From positions 1 to 53,984 of the IMG/VR virus record IMGVR_UViG_3300023184_002982: DNA of 53,984 bases. One strand, 5' to 3'. The translations under genes and the position numbers were made by a program. Positions within the stretch are counted from its first letter, which is position 1. Each line of letters opens with the position of its first letter. The notes beneath the pieces were generated by a model. The model was given only the letters and a program-made list of their open reading frames with translations, was not told the origin of the DNA and did not search any database. The DNA is from a virus. Its lineage: Duplodnaviria > Caudoviricetes. Positions 9,175-18,748 of this stretch are shown piece by piece.

Positions 9175-9765
9175 ATGGCACTTTGGGGAAATTTAGATGC
9201 CTCTAACAATGCACCAAACTTTTCAGGCATCACGGGTTACAAGTCTTCTACAAGTCTTGCTAACTCGGAGATTGATGGAATTTGGGGTAACACAACCATC
9301 GGTCAAACACGTTCAAATGTAGTAATGGGTGTGTTTGGTGTAGATTCTACAGAAGCAAATTCACAATTCACTAGCGGTGATGGTCGTTATGTCACTCATG
9401 CTGGTTGGGTTGTACGTACCGTTGGCACAGGTCCAGTTCTATCGATTGTTGGTAATGGTGTATCAACAAATGGTTACATCACATTTAGTGGTGGTTCATC
9501 TGGTGCTGCTGCTGGTATGACAGGTAACACTACTGCAAATGCTCAAGTATTTGTAAACACTGCTGGTTGGTTGGTAAACGTAACAATTATGACTGCTGGT
9601 TCGTATGCTAATACACCTAATGTTGTATTCCCATCAGGTAATGTTGTACCGACAGTAACTATGGGTGGTCGCGCAAATCGTGTGCAACAAGAAACCATAG
9701 TAGCAATGGGTTCAATAACTGGCGATGCAACTACCGCCGAAGACAGTAACTATCCAGATAGTTAA
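9175..9765 (+). CDS. Putative virion structural protein
   Basis: MALWG start, HAGWV and GRANRVQQETIVAM motifs seen in T4-like structural proteins; Gly/Thr/Asn-rich. Confidence 0.6.
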   Translation: MALWGNLDASNNAPNFSGITGYKSSTSLANSEIDGIWGNTTIGQTRSNVVMGVFGVDSTEANSQFTSGDGRYVTHAGWVVRTVGTGPVLSIVGNGVSTNGYITFSGGSSGAAAGMTGNTTANAQVFVNTAGWLVNVTIMTAGSYANTPNVVFPSGNVVPTVTMGGRANRVQQETIVAMGSITGDATTAEDSNYPDS

Positions 9766-10124
9766 TGAAGTTTAAAAGCTATCTTCAAAGTCATGTAGAG
9801 GAATCTCCGTTTTCTGACCCACAGGTCGAAGCGGAGATTAATCGTGCTTTATTGAATGAGATAGATAGTACAGTTATGATGACACCAGAGGGTGGTGTTC
9901 AACGAATGCGGAAAGTTCTATCACGTTACAGTATAGATTTTCCTGCATTTGAAGATTTAGATACAGATGGTGACGAAAGCATTTATGAACTAGATGCTGG
10001 AGTTTATCTGTATTTCATTTATTATCTCACCGATGATGGTAATTACGAATTCCATGCTGAAATCACAAACGATGAAGGTATAGAAGAAATTCTGTCGGAT
10101 GTGGAGGAAGATACCGAGGAATAA
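9765..10124 (+). CDS. Acidic hypothetical protein
   Basis: Coupled ORF; N-terminus MKFKSYLQSHVEE. Confidence 0.6.
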   Translation: MKFKSYLQSHVEESPFSDPQVEAEINRALLNEIDSTVMMTPEGGVQRMRKVLSRYSIDFPAFEDLDTDGDESIYELDAGVYLYFIYYLTDDGNYEFHAEITNDEGIEEILSDVEEDTEE

Positions 10125-10516
10125 TGTACTTTGATGATTTGACCGATGAGAATGTCATACTCTATGCAGTAAAAGCATATGACAAACCAAACTGTGTAAT
10201 GAGTGAGTTTACTGAAGATATGAAACGGTTAAATTATCTTAAACGCTTATTTCGAAGATATCGTAAACATGGTGAGATGCGTGAGCGTCTTATACTAAAC
10301 CATATTGTAGTATTAAACAATCTGTTTGGACCAGAAGTCACGACCAGATTATTATTTTTTCGTATGTCAAAAGATGATCATAGTGTATTAAAAACATATT
10401 TGACATTTCTGAATCTTATGCCAGATCGTGTCAGAGGGATAAATGGAAAAGATATTATATCGTCTGACATATCAATCGACATGCCTGTCGCAGATGTGCT
10501 TAGAACATTAAAATGA
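10124..10516 (+). CDS. Conserved T4-like hypothetical protein
   Basis: YAVKAYDKP.C...EF.ED.KR..YLKRLF...ERLILNHI..L.NLFG pattern common in T4-like phages. Confidence 0.7.
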   Translation: MYFDDLTDENVILYAVKAYDKPNCVMSEFTEDMKRLNYLKRLFRRYRKHGEMRERLILNHIVVLNNLFGPEVTTRLLFFRMSKDDHSVLKTYLTFLNLMPDRVRGINGKDIISSDISIDMPVADVLRTLK

Positions 10517-11268
10517 TAATCGGACCAGGAATAACAATTACTAATGGAATCTATGTAGATTCTAATGCTCCTGCTGCGCCACCACCACCATCAATCGTAA
10601 CTTCAAATCTGCAATTTAACTTAGCAACTGCACCATCAACTGGTTCAACATGGACTGATTCTAGTGGCAATGGTCGTAATGCAACACTTTTAGGTTCTCC
10701 ATCGTATGTGTCAAACAATGGTGGTGGTATAAGATTGAACAATCTGTCAGCCTATGAAAGCACGGATTATATTAGTGTTCCTTACAATATTGCTTCAAAT
10801 ACTGTAACAGTTGAAGTGGTTGCTTCATTTAATCCAACAATGTTTTGGGCAACTATTTGGGCTAATGAACTTTATGATACTAACAGCGGATACCTAGCAT
10901 ATTTGGATTCTTCAACAACTATAAGTTATGGTATTCCTAATGGTGAAGTTAATAAATCCATAACTGCTAGTAATGCTATAAGACATTGGATTTTTGTTAT
11001 CAATGGCACACAAGGTAGTCTATTTTTAAATGGTTCACAAGTTGGAACAACTGATACTACAAGTAATCAAACACTCTTTGCGACAAATGATTTTTATTTT
11101 GGGGCAAGGCATAATAATGACGGTATAGGTTTTGGAGGAGATACAATGAACAACTCAGATTCCGCACTATATCCAGTTTTTTATCAGATGCGGGTGTATA
11201 ACAAAGCATTGTCTGGTGCTGAGATAACTCAGAATTATAATGCAGTTAAAGGTACTTACGGAATATAA
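10513..11268 (+). CDS. LamG/concanavalin A-like lectin domain virion protein
   Basis: TWTDSSGNGRNATL and MRVYNKALSGAEITQNYNA motifs. Confidence 0.8.
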   Translation: MIIGPGITITNGIYVDSNAPAAPPPPSIVTSNLQFNLATAPSTGSTWTDSSGNGRNATLLGSPSYVSNNGGGIRLNNLSAYESTDYISVPYNIASNTVTVEVVASFNPTMFWATIWANELYDTNSGYLAYLDSSTTISYGIPNGEVNKSITASNAIRHWIFVINGTQGSLFLNGSQVGTTDTTSNQTLFATNDFYFGARHNNDGIGFGGDTMNNSDSALYPVFYQMRVYNKALSGAEITQNYNAVKGTYGI

Positions 11269-11271
11269 ATA
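11264..11271 (+). promoter_or_regulatory. T4-type late promoter
   Basis: Exact TATAAATA upstream of the lysis cluster. Confidence 0.65.
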
Positions 11272-11276
11272 AACTC

Positions 11277-11507
11277 ATGTCAAACGAATTCAAAAAACAA
11301 TGTGGTGCTGGATATTATTGGTGCTCTACCGATAAAGTCTGCAAACCACTTCAAGAAGATGGAATGGCAGGTGGTGCTCCCACTAATGCCGTAGGTGGTG
11401 GTCAAATTGCTGGTTTGGGTGTTGGACCCAAAGGTGAACCTGGTGTCAAGAAAAAGAAGATAGCATCGTTTATCTCATACATGAATCGAAGGATGCCTAA
11501 AGTATGA
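11277..11507 (+). CDS. Hypothetical protein
   Basis: CGAGYYWCSTDKVCK and PTNAVGGGQIAGLG...EPGV motifs typical of T4-like small late proteins. Confidence 0.6.
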   Translation: MSNEFKKQCGAGYYWCSTDKVCKPLQEDGMAGGAPTNAVGGGQIAGLGVGPKGEPGVKKKKIASFISYMNRRMPKV

Positions 11508-11944
11508 TGTGGATGATGCATCTGTTACCAGATTCATTTCTAATTCTCATAATTCATGCACTATTGGTCACTGGACTAATTGGCATGGTGATAGGTTTTG
11601 TCGGCAGTAAATTACCTTTTGTTGGAACATATGCGACTATCATCAAGATAGTATCAATCGTTCTATTCTGTATTGGTTTGTACTGGAAAGGAGGCTATAG
11701 CGTAGAGCAAGATTGGAGACAACGTGTAGCGGAACTTGAGGAGAAAGTAAAAGATGCGGAAGAGAAATCACGACAGACAAATGTTGTTATCGAAACGAAG
11801 TACCGAGATCGAATCAAAACGGTCACAGCGACTAGAGAGAGAATTGTCGAAAAGATTAAAGAGAGGGAAAAAGTTATTGACGCAAAATGCGAACTTGATC
11901 CCGCAGTCATAAGCATCTTGAATGAGGCAGCGAAAAAACCATGA
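11504..11944 (+). CDS. Inner-membrane spanin (Rz-like)
   Basis: N-terminal TM helices, coiled coil and C-terminal Cys; adjacent to a lipoprotein and the endolysin. Confidence 0.7.
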   Translation: MMWMMHLLPDSFLILIIHALLVTGLIGMVIGFVGSKLPFVGTYATIIKIVSIVLFCIGLYWKGGYSVEQDWRQRVAELEEKVKDAEEKSRQTNVVIETKYRDRIKTVTATRERIVEKIKEREKVIDAKCELDPAVISILNEAAKKP

Positions 11945-12201
11945 AGAAATTATTGATTCTTTTGCTGCTTGCAGGTTGCAGTACAACTGTGCCAGTGGCG
12001 CGTAAGTTTCCAGAAGTACCTGATGTACTGATGGTTCCTTGTCCACCACTGACACAGATCAAAGAAGGAACAACCAAGTTAAGTGATGTAGTTGGGGTTG
12101 TTACGGATAATTATTTTGAATATCACAAGTGCAGTGATAAGAATGATTTGTGGATGGAGTGGTTTAAGGCACAAAAAGAAATATTTGATTCTGTAAAATA
12201 A
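11941..12201 (+). CDS. Outer-membrane spanin lipoprotein (Rz1-like)
   Basis: Lipobox LLAGC, Pro-rich P..LM.PCPPL, NY..YH.C. Confidence 0.75.
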   Translation: MKKLLILLLLAGCSTTVPVARKFPEVPDVLMVPCPPLTQIKEGTTKLSDVVGVVTDNYFEYHKCSDKNDLWMEWFKAQKEIFDSVK

Positions 12202-12213
12202 TAAGGATTACGA

Positions 12214-12828
12214 ATGGAACTGACAAAACAACAATTAAAAGAATTGCTTCCAAAAAATCCATACATTGACCAATGGCACAATGCTCTGAGTCAATTGCTT
12301 CCGGATTACGAGATTAACACACCGCAGCGTATTGCAGCATTCATTGCTCAGTGTGCACATGAGAGTGGCAATTTTATTTTTCTCTCTGAGAATTTAAATT
12401 ATAAAGCAGAAAGTCTAATGAAGATATTTGGAAAATACTTCAAAGATATTGGTACTGCTAAAGCATACGAAAAGAATCCTCAAAAAATTGCGAATAAGAT
12501 TTACGCAGATCGTATGGGAAATGGTAATGAAGCATCGGGTGATGGTTTCAAATACCGTGGTCGTGGATTAATTCAGTTGACCGGGAAAACGAACTATACT
12601 TGGTTTGCTGCATCACTTGAAATCACACCAGAAGAAGCCGCAGAATATATGCAATCTTTCGAAGGTGCATGTCAGAGCGCATGTTGGTTTTGGGAGACAA
12701 ATAAATTAAATGATTGGGCAGATAAAGGTGACATCGAAAAAATGACTAAGATCATTAACGGTGGAACCATAGGACTTGAAGATCGCAAAAAACATTATGC
12801 ACATGCCCTACACGTATTGGGGGCATAA
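12214..12828 (+). CDS. Endolysin, glycoside hydrolase family 19
   Basis: AFIAQCAHES, YRGRGLIQLTGKTNY, TKIINGGTIGLEDR. Confidence 0.92.
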   Translation: MELTKQQLKELLPKNPYIDQWHNALSQLLPDYEINTPQRIAAFIAQCAHESGNFIFLSENLNYKAESLMKIFGKYFKDIGTAKAYEKNPQKIANKIYADRMGNGNEASGDGFKYRGRGLIQLTGKTNYTWFAASLEITPEEAAEYMQSFEGACQSACWFWETNKLNDWADKGDIEKMTKIINGGTIGLEDRKKHYAHALHVLGA

Positions 12829-13019
12829 TGATTAAATATATACTACTTCTATTGTTACCACTCTCACTTTTTGCATGTGAAGAACGATATCGTTATCCGT
12901 GCCAAAACCCTGAAAATTGGAATGAAAAAATATGCCAGAAACCATATTGCACTGCAAATGGTACATGCCCCGAAGATTTAAAACACTATGTAAAAGATAA
13001 AAATGGAGGAGAAAAATGA
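12828..13019 (+). CDS. Small lipoprotein
   Basis: Signal peptide with lipobox LFAC; RYRYPCQNPENW. Confidence 0.65.
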   Translation: MIKYILLLLLPLSLFACEERYRYPCQNPENWNEKICQKPYCTANGTCPEDLKHYVKDKNGGEK

Positions 13020-13492
13020 TTAATGAATTATGGTCTGGAGAAAGATATACAACCGAAGAACTGAATGCACGATTAAAGTTCTTTATCGGTCTTATTTTAG
13101 GTCTTACTCTTTTTGGTATTGTGTTTGTGGTTCTGTATAGTTTGATTTTTGTCACTCAACCGATGAACGGGATGAGTCCAGTTGATAACAAATTTTTTGA
13201 ATTAATCATACCTATTGCTACATTCTTGACAGGTACATTGTCGGGTATCATGTTGGCGGGTGACGATAAAGATTTGAGAGCAAAGGCACTTGATGCTGCT
13301 TCCAAACCTTACACACCACCTCCAGAACCCCCATCAGTTGCAAAAGCAGCCGCACCTGAAGCAGTTGTGAACTCTGTACCAGTTGGTGCGGGTGGTATTA
13401 TGACTACAACATCAGCAGTTGCAACAGCAGAAGTTACCACTGGTTTTGGCGGTAAACCTGCACCTGCTCAACCCCCACATCCGGAGATTTAA
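13016..13492 (+). CDS. Two-TM membrane protein, holin candidate
   Basis: Two hydrophobic helices with a Pro/Ala-rich tail, inside the lysis cluster. Confidence 0.5.
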   Translation: MINELWSGERYTTEELNARLKFFIGLILGLTLFGIVFVVLYSLIFVTQPMNGMSPVDNKFFELIIPIATFLTGTLSGIMLAGDDKDLRAKALDAASKPYTPPPEPPSVAKAAAPEAVVNSVPVGAGGIMTTTSAVATAEVTTGFGGKPAPAQPPHPEI

Positions 13493-13690
13493 ATGAAAAA
13501 AGAATTCCTAGTTGGTTCTATGATTCTGTTTCTACTTTTTGCACCATTGACCAAAGCAGCATTTGCTGTCGAGACAAAAAAGGTATGTGTCAAAGAGTTG
13601 GATAATAAAACTAAAAAGCAAAAAGAAGTTTGTAAGACTATCAAAGTCCACAAAAAACTAGATGCTACAGCAATTCCCGATAAAAAGTAA
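13493..13690 (+). CDS. Small exported basic protein
   Basis: Signal peptide, two Cys, KVHKKL motif. Confidence 0.6.
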   Translation: MKKEFLVGSMILFLLFAPLTKAAFAVETKKVCVKELDNKTKKQKEVCKTIKVHKKLDATAIPDKK

Positions 13691-13691
13691 A

Positions 13692-14129
13692 ATGCTACAA
13701 GACGCAGACGAAGTAACGCTAAAAGTAGATGTGAGTGTACTGAAAGAAAGAGTCAGTACACTCACTGAACTTTGTAGTAAAATGGATAGAGTTATTGAGA
13801 AACTCGCGGATAACCAATTGGATTTGGCTGGTCAAATTTACCAAGATATGGATAAGAGAAAAGAGCAGACCGTGAGCGATATTAAAGAACTTCATTCCCG
13901 TATTACTACTGTTGACCGCAATCTATCGGATAAGATAGAATTAACGGAACGCCGCATTATGGACGAAATTAAAGCACTCCGTGAATGTATAGATCAACAT
14001 AATGAAAAAGAAGAAGCCGATATCCAAAAGCTATCACAGTGGCGATGGATGGTGGCTGGTGGTGTTATCGTATTTGCATGGTTAGTATCTAATGTCAAAT
14101 TGGAAATGTTAGGTAAACTTTTTCAATAA
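13692..14129 (+). CDS. Coiled-coil protein with C-terminal TM anchor
   Basis: Heptad pattern and WRWMVAGGVIVFAWLV; start taken at ATG 13692. Confidence 0.65.
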   Translation: MLQDADEVTLKVDVSVLKERVSTLTELCSKMDRVIEKLADNQLDLAGQIYQDMDKRKEQTVSDIKELHSRITTVDRNLSDKIELTERRIMDEIKALRECIDQHNEKEEADIQKLSQWRWMVAGGVIVFAWLVSNVKLEMLGKLFQ

Positions 14130-14130
14130 A

Positions 14131-14159
14131 TTGACTTACTTGAGCAACAATGTTATCAT
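14131..14159 (+). promoter_or_regulatory. Sigma70-type promoter of the primase gene
   Basis: TTGACT-17bp-TATCAT, ATG 6 nt after the -10. Confidence 0.6.
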
Positions 14160-14165
14160 GTATAA

Positions 14166-15206
14166 ATGGCACTCTCTACAGATTCGAAATTTGTTCGACT
14201 AATATCTTCACGCTTACGCAACTTTAAGCAGAAGAATACTTATGTCTGGAACTTCTCTTGCCCATATTGTGGCGATTCCCAAAAGAATAAACTCAAAGCC
14301 CGTGGCTATGTCTATGCCAAGGGTAATGATTTATTCTTTAAATGTTATAATTGTGGATTAGGAACGAATGTATACAATCTCATCAAGCATGTCGATCCTG
14401 CGTTGCATGGAGAATATGTCCTCGAAAAGTATAAATCGGGTGAATCCAACACCTATATCCGCAAATCTAACACTGCACCCACATTTAACATCCCACCATT
14501 ACGATTTGGCAAACTCCAGAAGCAAACTATATTCGACCATGCAGAATGGGTCAGCAAACTGCCGAGTGGACATTTTTGTTTAAACTATGTCGAGAATCGT
14601 TTACTACCCAAAGAAGCCTATGATTTACTGTTATTCACAAGCAAATACAAAGACTTTTGTGATGTACTGATACCTAATCACGGTAAAGTAATAGCTAATG
14701 ATGCACGATTAATTATTCCATTTTATGATCGTCATAATCAATTAGTTGCAGTATCTGGTCGTGCATTAGAAACTTCCGATAAAACTCTGCGTTATGTAAC
14801 ATTGCGTACTGATGATAGTGATGACAAACTTACCTATGGTAAGGAAAGAGTAAACATAGATGAAACTGTGTATCTGGTAGAAGGTCCAATAGATAGTTTA
14901 TTTTTAAAGAATTGTTTGGCATCAGGTGATGCAAATCTTTCACTTACCGCGAAAAATATTAAAGCAAAGAAATTAGTATTAGTTTTTGACAATGAACCAA
15001 GAAATAAAGAAGTGTGTAAGTTGATTGAAAATGCTATCAAATCAGATCATTATGTCGTTATCTGGCCAGATAATATAGATGGTAAAGATATTAATGAGAT
15101 GATACTTAATGGCATTCCAAATAGCGAAATTCAAGATATCATAGATAGTAATACGTTTAGAGGTTTAGAGGCGATAGCGAAATTTACATTTTGGAAGAAA
15201 TTATGA
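14166..15206 (+). CDS. DNA primase (T4 gp61-like)
   Basis: CPYCGDS...FKCYNCG zinc finger; TOPRIM VEGPIDSLF, FDNEPRN, KDINEM. Confidence 0.95.
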   Translation: MALSTDSKFVRLISSRLRNFKQKNTYVWNFSCPYCGDSQKNKLKARGYVYAKGNDLFFKCYNCGLGTNVYNLIKHVDPALHGEYVLEKYKSGESNTYIRKSNTAPTFNIPPLRFGKLQKQTIFDHAEWVSKLPSGHFCLNYVENRLLPKEAYDLLLFTSKYKDFCDVLIPNHGKVIANDARLIIPFYDRHNQLVAVSGRALETSDKTLRYVTLRTDDSDDKLTYGKERVNIDETVYLVEGPIDSLFLKNCLASGDANLSLTAKNIKAKKLVLVFDNEPRNKEVCKLIENAIKSDHYVVIWPDNIDGKDINEMILNGIPNSEIQDIIDSNTFRGLEAIAKFTFWKKL

Positions 15207-15400
15207 GCGTGAAAGTTAAAGAGTTGGCAGAGTTTCATAGTATTAATGTGGATGTGATGCAGGCAATCTATGATGACATTACCTTGTTGATTGTTCGGGA
15301 ATGTGCCGACTATGTGCGAGAAACTTACGACCATGAGGCCGCAGAATCTATTGCTTGGTCAATGGAAGTAAAATATGGACTACATGGAGATTATGTATGA
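15203..15400 (+). CDS. Hypothetical protein (FAELIVxEC family)
   Basis: LLIVRECA...KYGL. Confidence 0.6.
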   Translation: MSVKVKELAEFHSINVDVMQAIYDDITLLIVRECADYVRETYDHEAAESIAWSMEVKYGLHGDYV

Positions 15401-15633
15401 ATGAACGAATTAGATTGATGGCAAAAGCGAATCGAGCATTTACTGAATCTAGGATTACTGAGCCTGAAGTGCGTAAGTTTATGGAGTTGATTGTCAAAGA
15501 ATGTATCGAACAAGGCAATACTTTAGCAAACCATTACATCAATACACATTCTGAACATGAACAGGTGATGTTATTGGCTTCTATTGCCGATTATTCAAAT
15601 GAGATTAGAAAACATTTCGGGGTTGAAGAGTAA
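15397..15633 (+). CDS. Hypothetical protein (FAELIVxEC family)
   Basis: KFMELIVKECI...IRKHFGVEE. Confidence 0.65.
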   Translation: MNERIRLMAKANRAFTESRITEPEVRKFMELIVKECIEQGNTLANHYINTHSEHEQVMLLASIADYSNEIRKHFGVEE

Positions 15634-15677
15634 AAAATACTATATATAAGTGTAGTCTTTATTTCAAGGAAATAACT

Positions 15678-16295
15678 ATGCCGAAATATAGTAGAGAACA
15701 TACGAATGTTTGGAAACAACATAATGGAAAAATACCTAAAGATGAGAATGGTAGGTCTTTTGAAATACATCATGTGGACGGAAATCCACTAAACAATTCA
15801 ATAGAAAACCTCAAATGCGTTTCAATAGAAGAGCATTATAGAATTCATTTAGAGCAAGAAGATTATGGTGGTGCTTTTTTGATTGCCAGACGAATGAAGA
15901 TTCCTCCTGAAGAAATATCAGAATTGGCAAGAAAACAATCATTGAAACAACTTGAAGAGGGAACTCATAATTTTCAAAATATAAAAAATCGCAATCCATT
16001 TGTGAATAAAGGATATGTTGTTGCTCGTAACACGCAAACAAATGAAATTGTTAGAATAAAAAAAGAAGATTTTGACAATAATGAATTATACGTAGGTGCG
16101 AATTCTGACAGAAAATTGAAAAGCATTCACATCAACAGAGGAAAAAATAAAAATAAAACGTGGCAACATAAAAACAAAGAAGAAGCAACAAAAAAATGTT
16201 TATATTGTAATTTTATTGGTCGTGGAAGTCACATAGCAAGATTTCATAATGAAAGGTGTAAAAAATATGAAAGTGGAGTTGATAGCGGTAAGTAA
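15678..16295 (+). CDS. HNH homing endonuclease
   Basis: EIHHVDGNPLNNSIENLKCVSIEEHYRIH; C-terminal CLYC...HNERCK; overlaps the thyX start. Confidence 0.85.
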   Translation: MPKYSREHTNVWKQHNGKIPKDENGRSFEIHHVDGNPLNNSIENLKCVSIEEHYRIHLEQEDYGGAFLIARRMKIPPEEISELARKQSLKQLEEGTHNFQNIKNRNPFVNKGYVVARNTQTNEIVRIKKEDFDNNELYVGANSDRKLKSIHINRGKNKNKTWQHKNKEEATKKCLYCNFIGRGSHIARFHNERCKKYESGVDSGK

Positions 16296-16926
16296 ACCTG
16301 AAGTTGATGGTATCAATACGGCAGAAGAGTTGGTTGCATATTGTGCCAGAGTATCTAATCCATCAAATCAAGTGAGTAATCAAAATGTTGACAAACTAAT
16401 TCGTTATTGTATCAAAAATCAACATTGGTCTATTTTTGAAATGGTGAACATAACAATTTCCATAAGCACAACCAGGGACATAGCAAGGCAAATATTGCGC
16501 CACCGTAGTTTTGCCTTTCAAGAGTTTAGTCAGCGATATGCCGACCCAACAAAAGATTTAGGTTTTGAAATACGTGAGGCGAGATTACAGGACACCAAAA
16601 ATCGTCAGAACTCTATTGAGAGTGATGATAAAGAATTACAAGATAAATGGAATCTCATGCAACAGGCATTAATCAATAATGCTGAGAATGCATATAATTG
16701 GGCAATTAATAATGGTATCGCAAAAGAACAAGCAAGGGCAGTATTACCAGAAGGTAACACACAATCACGCATGTACATGAATGGCACACTCCGTTCTTGG
16801 ATTCATTATTGTGAATTGCGTAGGTCAAATGGTACACAAAAAGAACACATGGAAATAGCAGATGAATGTTGGAAGATTATAGCAGAGAAGTTCCCACAAG
16901 TAGCAGCGGCACTAGAACAACAATAA
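16267..16926 (+). CDS. thyX: Flavin-dependent thymidylate synthase
   Basis: AYCARVS, HWSIFE, QILRHRSFAFQEFSQRY, ARAVLP, LRSWIHY. Confidence 0.95.
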   Translation: MKVELIAVSKPEVDGINTAEELVAYCARVSNPSNQVSNQNVDKLIRYCIKNQHWSIFEMVNITISISTTRDIARQILRHRSFAFQEFSQRYADPTKDLGFEIREARLQDTKNRQNSIESDDKELQDKWNLMQQALINNAENAYNWAINNGIAKEQARAVLPEGNTQSRMYMNGTLRSWIHYCELRRSNGTQKEHMEIADECWKIIAEKFPQVAAALEQQ

Positions 16927-16939
16927 CAACGGAGATGAG

Positions 16940-18748
16940 ATGGTAGATATTAGCAGCATTAAGATAGACTTAGATCGTGATAAACTATTTGACGAATTAG
17001 GAATTAAAAGATTACAAGAATCGTACATGAAAGAGGATGAGAAATCACCGCAAGAAAGGTTCGCATATGTTTCGAAAGCATTTAGCAGTAATGATGACCA
17101 TGCTCAAAGGTTGTATGAGTATAGTAGCAATCATTGGCTATCTTATTCTACTCCTATTCTCTCTTTTGGTCGTTCTAAACGTGGGTTGCCTATTTCTTGT
17201 TTTCTACCTTATCTGGACGATTCTGCTGAAGGATTGGTTAACACCCTCTCAGAAGTAAACTGGTTATCAATGTTAGGAGGCGGTGTTGGAATTGGACTTG
17301 GTATTCGTTCTGCTGATGATAAGTCTGTCGGCATTATGCCTCATTTGCGTACCTATGACGCTTCTTCTTTGGCGTATAGGCAAGGTAGGACACGCCGTGG
17401 TTCTTATGCTGCTTATCTTGACATCTCTCATCCCGATATTATCAACTTTCTTGAAATGAGAAAGCCTACAGGCGATCCAAATCTACGCACATTGAATCTA
17501 CATCATGGTATCAATATTACTGATGACTTTATGCTGTTGATTGAGAAAGCAATGCTCGATCCAGAAGCAGATGATTCGTGGGAATTAAAAGACCCACATA
17601 CACAAGAGGTGCGTGAAGTTGTATCGGCACGTGAATTGTGGCAACGTATACTTGAAACTCGTATGCTAACAGGTGAACCATACATTCACTTTATTGATAC
17701 AAGCAATCGTATGATGCCAGAATTTCAAAAGAAATTGGGATTGAGTATTAAACAATCTAATCTATGCTCTGAAATTATTTTACCAACAGACAAACAACGA
17801 ACAGCAGTGTGCTGCTTATCGTCAGTGAACTTGGAGTATTATGATGATTGGAAAAATAATAAACTTTTTCTGCGGGACGTTGCGGAGATGTTGGATAACG
17901 TACTTCAGCACTTTATTGACAATGCTCCTGATGCTATCAGCAGAGCGAAATTCTCTGCTATCCAAGAGCGCAGCATTGGTGTGGGTGCTCTTGGTTTTCA
18001 TGCTCTTCTTCAGAAAAAGAATATTGCATTCGAATCGGCATTAGCAAAATCGATCAATATGCAAGCGTTTAAACATATCAGGGGTAAACTTGATGAAGCA
18101 AACTTGGAACTCGGTAATGAACGTGGTGAAGCACCAGACGCAAAGGGTACTGGACAGCGATTCAGTCACCTTATGGCTATTGCTCCCAATGCTTCTTCTT
18201 CTATTCTCATGGGTAACACATCCCCATCCGTTGAGCCTTATCGAGCAAATGCATATCGCCAAGACACTCTTTCTGGTTCATATCTAAACAAGAATAAGTT
18301 TTTGGACAGAGTTATAACGAATCATTTGAATCCTAATCCAAATGATTCAATTCCCACAGATGATTATAATGAAATTTGGTCATCTATTATTGCAAACGAT
18401 GGTTCAGTTCAACACTTAGATTGGATGGAACAGTATACCAAAGATGTATTCAAAACATCTATGGAGATTGATCAACGATGGGTTGTAGAACATGCTGCTG
18501 ATAGACAGAAGTATATTGATCAAGCACAATCTTTAAATTTATTTTTTAGACCTGATGTAAATGTAAAATATCTTCATGCTTGTCATTTCTTGGCATGGAA
18601 GCAAGGTTTAAAAACATTATATTATTGCCGTTCCGAGAAACTAGCAAAAGCCGATAAAGTTTCAAAGAAGATTGAACGTAACATCATACAAGAAATTGAT
18701 TTGAAATCTATAGCAGATGGAAATGAATGCCTTGCATGTGAGGGGTAG
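16940..18748 (+). CDS. nrdA: Ribonucleotide reductase class I large subunit (no ATP cone)
   Basis: PISCF, SNLCSEI, VCCLSS, AIAPNASSS, LKTLYY, C-terminal CLACEG. Confidence 0.96.
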   Translation: MVDISSIKIDLDRDKLFDELGIKRLQESYMKEDEKSPQERFAYVSKAFSSNDDHAQRLYEYSSNHWLSYSTPILSFGRSKRGLPISCFLPYLDDSAEGLVNTLSEVNWLSMLGGGVGIGLGIRSADDKSVGIMPHLRTYDASSLAYRQGRTRRGSYAAYLDISHPDIINFLEMRKPTGDPNLRTLNLHHGINITDDFMLLIEKAMLDPEADDSWELKDPHTQEVREVVSARELWQRILETRMLTGEPYIHFIDTSNRMMPEFQKKLGLSIKQSNLCSEIILPTDKQRTAVCCLSSVNLEYYDDWKNNKLFLRDVAEMLDNVLQHFIDNAPDAISRAKFSAIQERSIGVGALGFHALLQKKNIAFESALAKSINMQAFKHIRGKLDEANLELGNERGEAPDAKGTGQRFSHLMAIAPNASSSILMGNTSPSVEPYRANAYRQDTLSGSYLNKNKFLDRVITNHLNPNPNDSIPTDDYNEIWSSIIANDGSVQHLDWMEQYTKDVFKTSMEIDQRWVVEHAADRQKYIDQAQSLNLFFRPDVNVKYLHACHFLAWKQGLKTLYYCRSEKLAKADKVSKKIERNIIQEIDLKSIADGNECLACEG

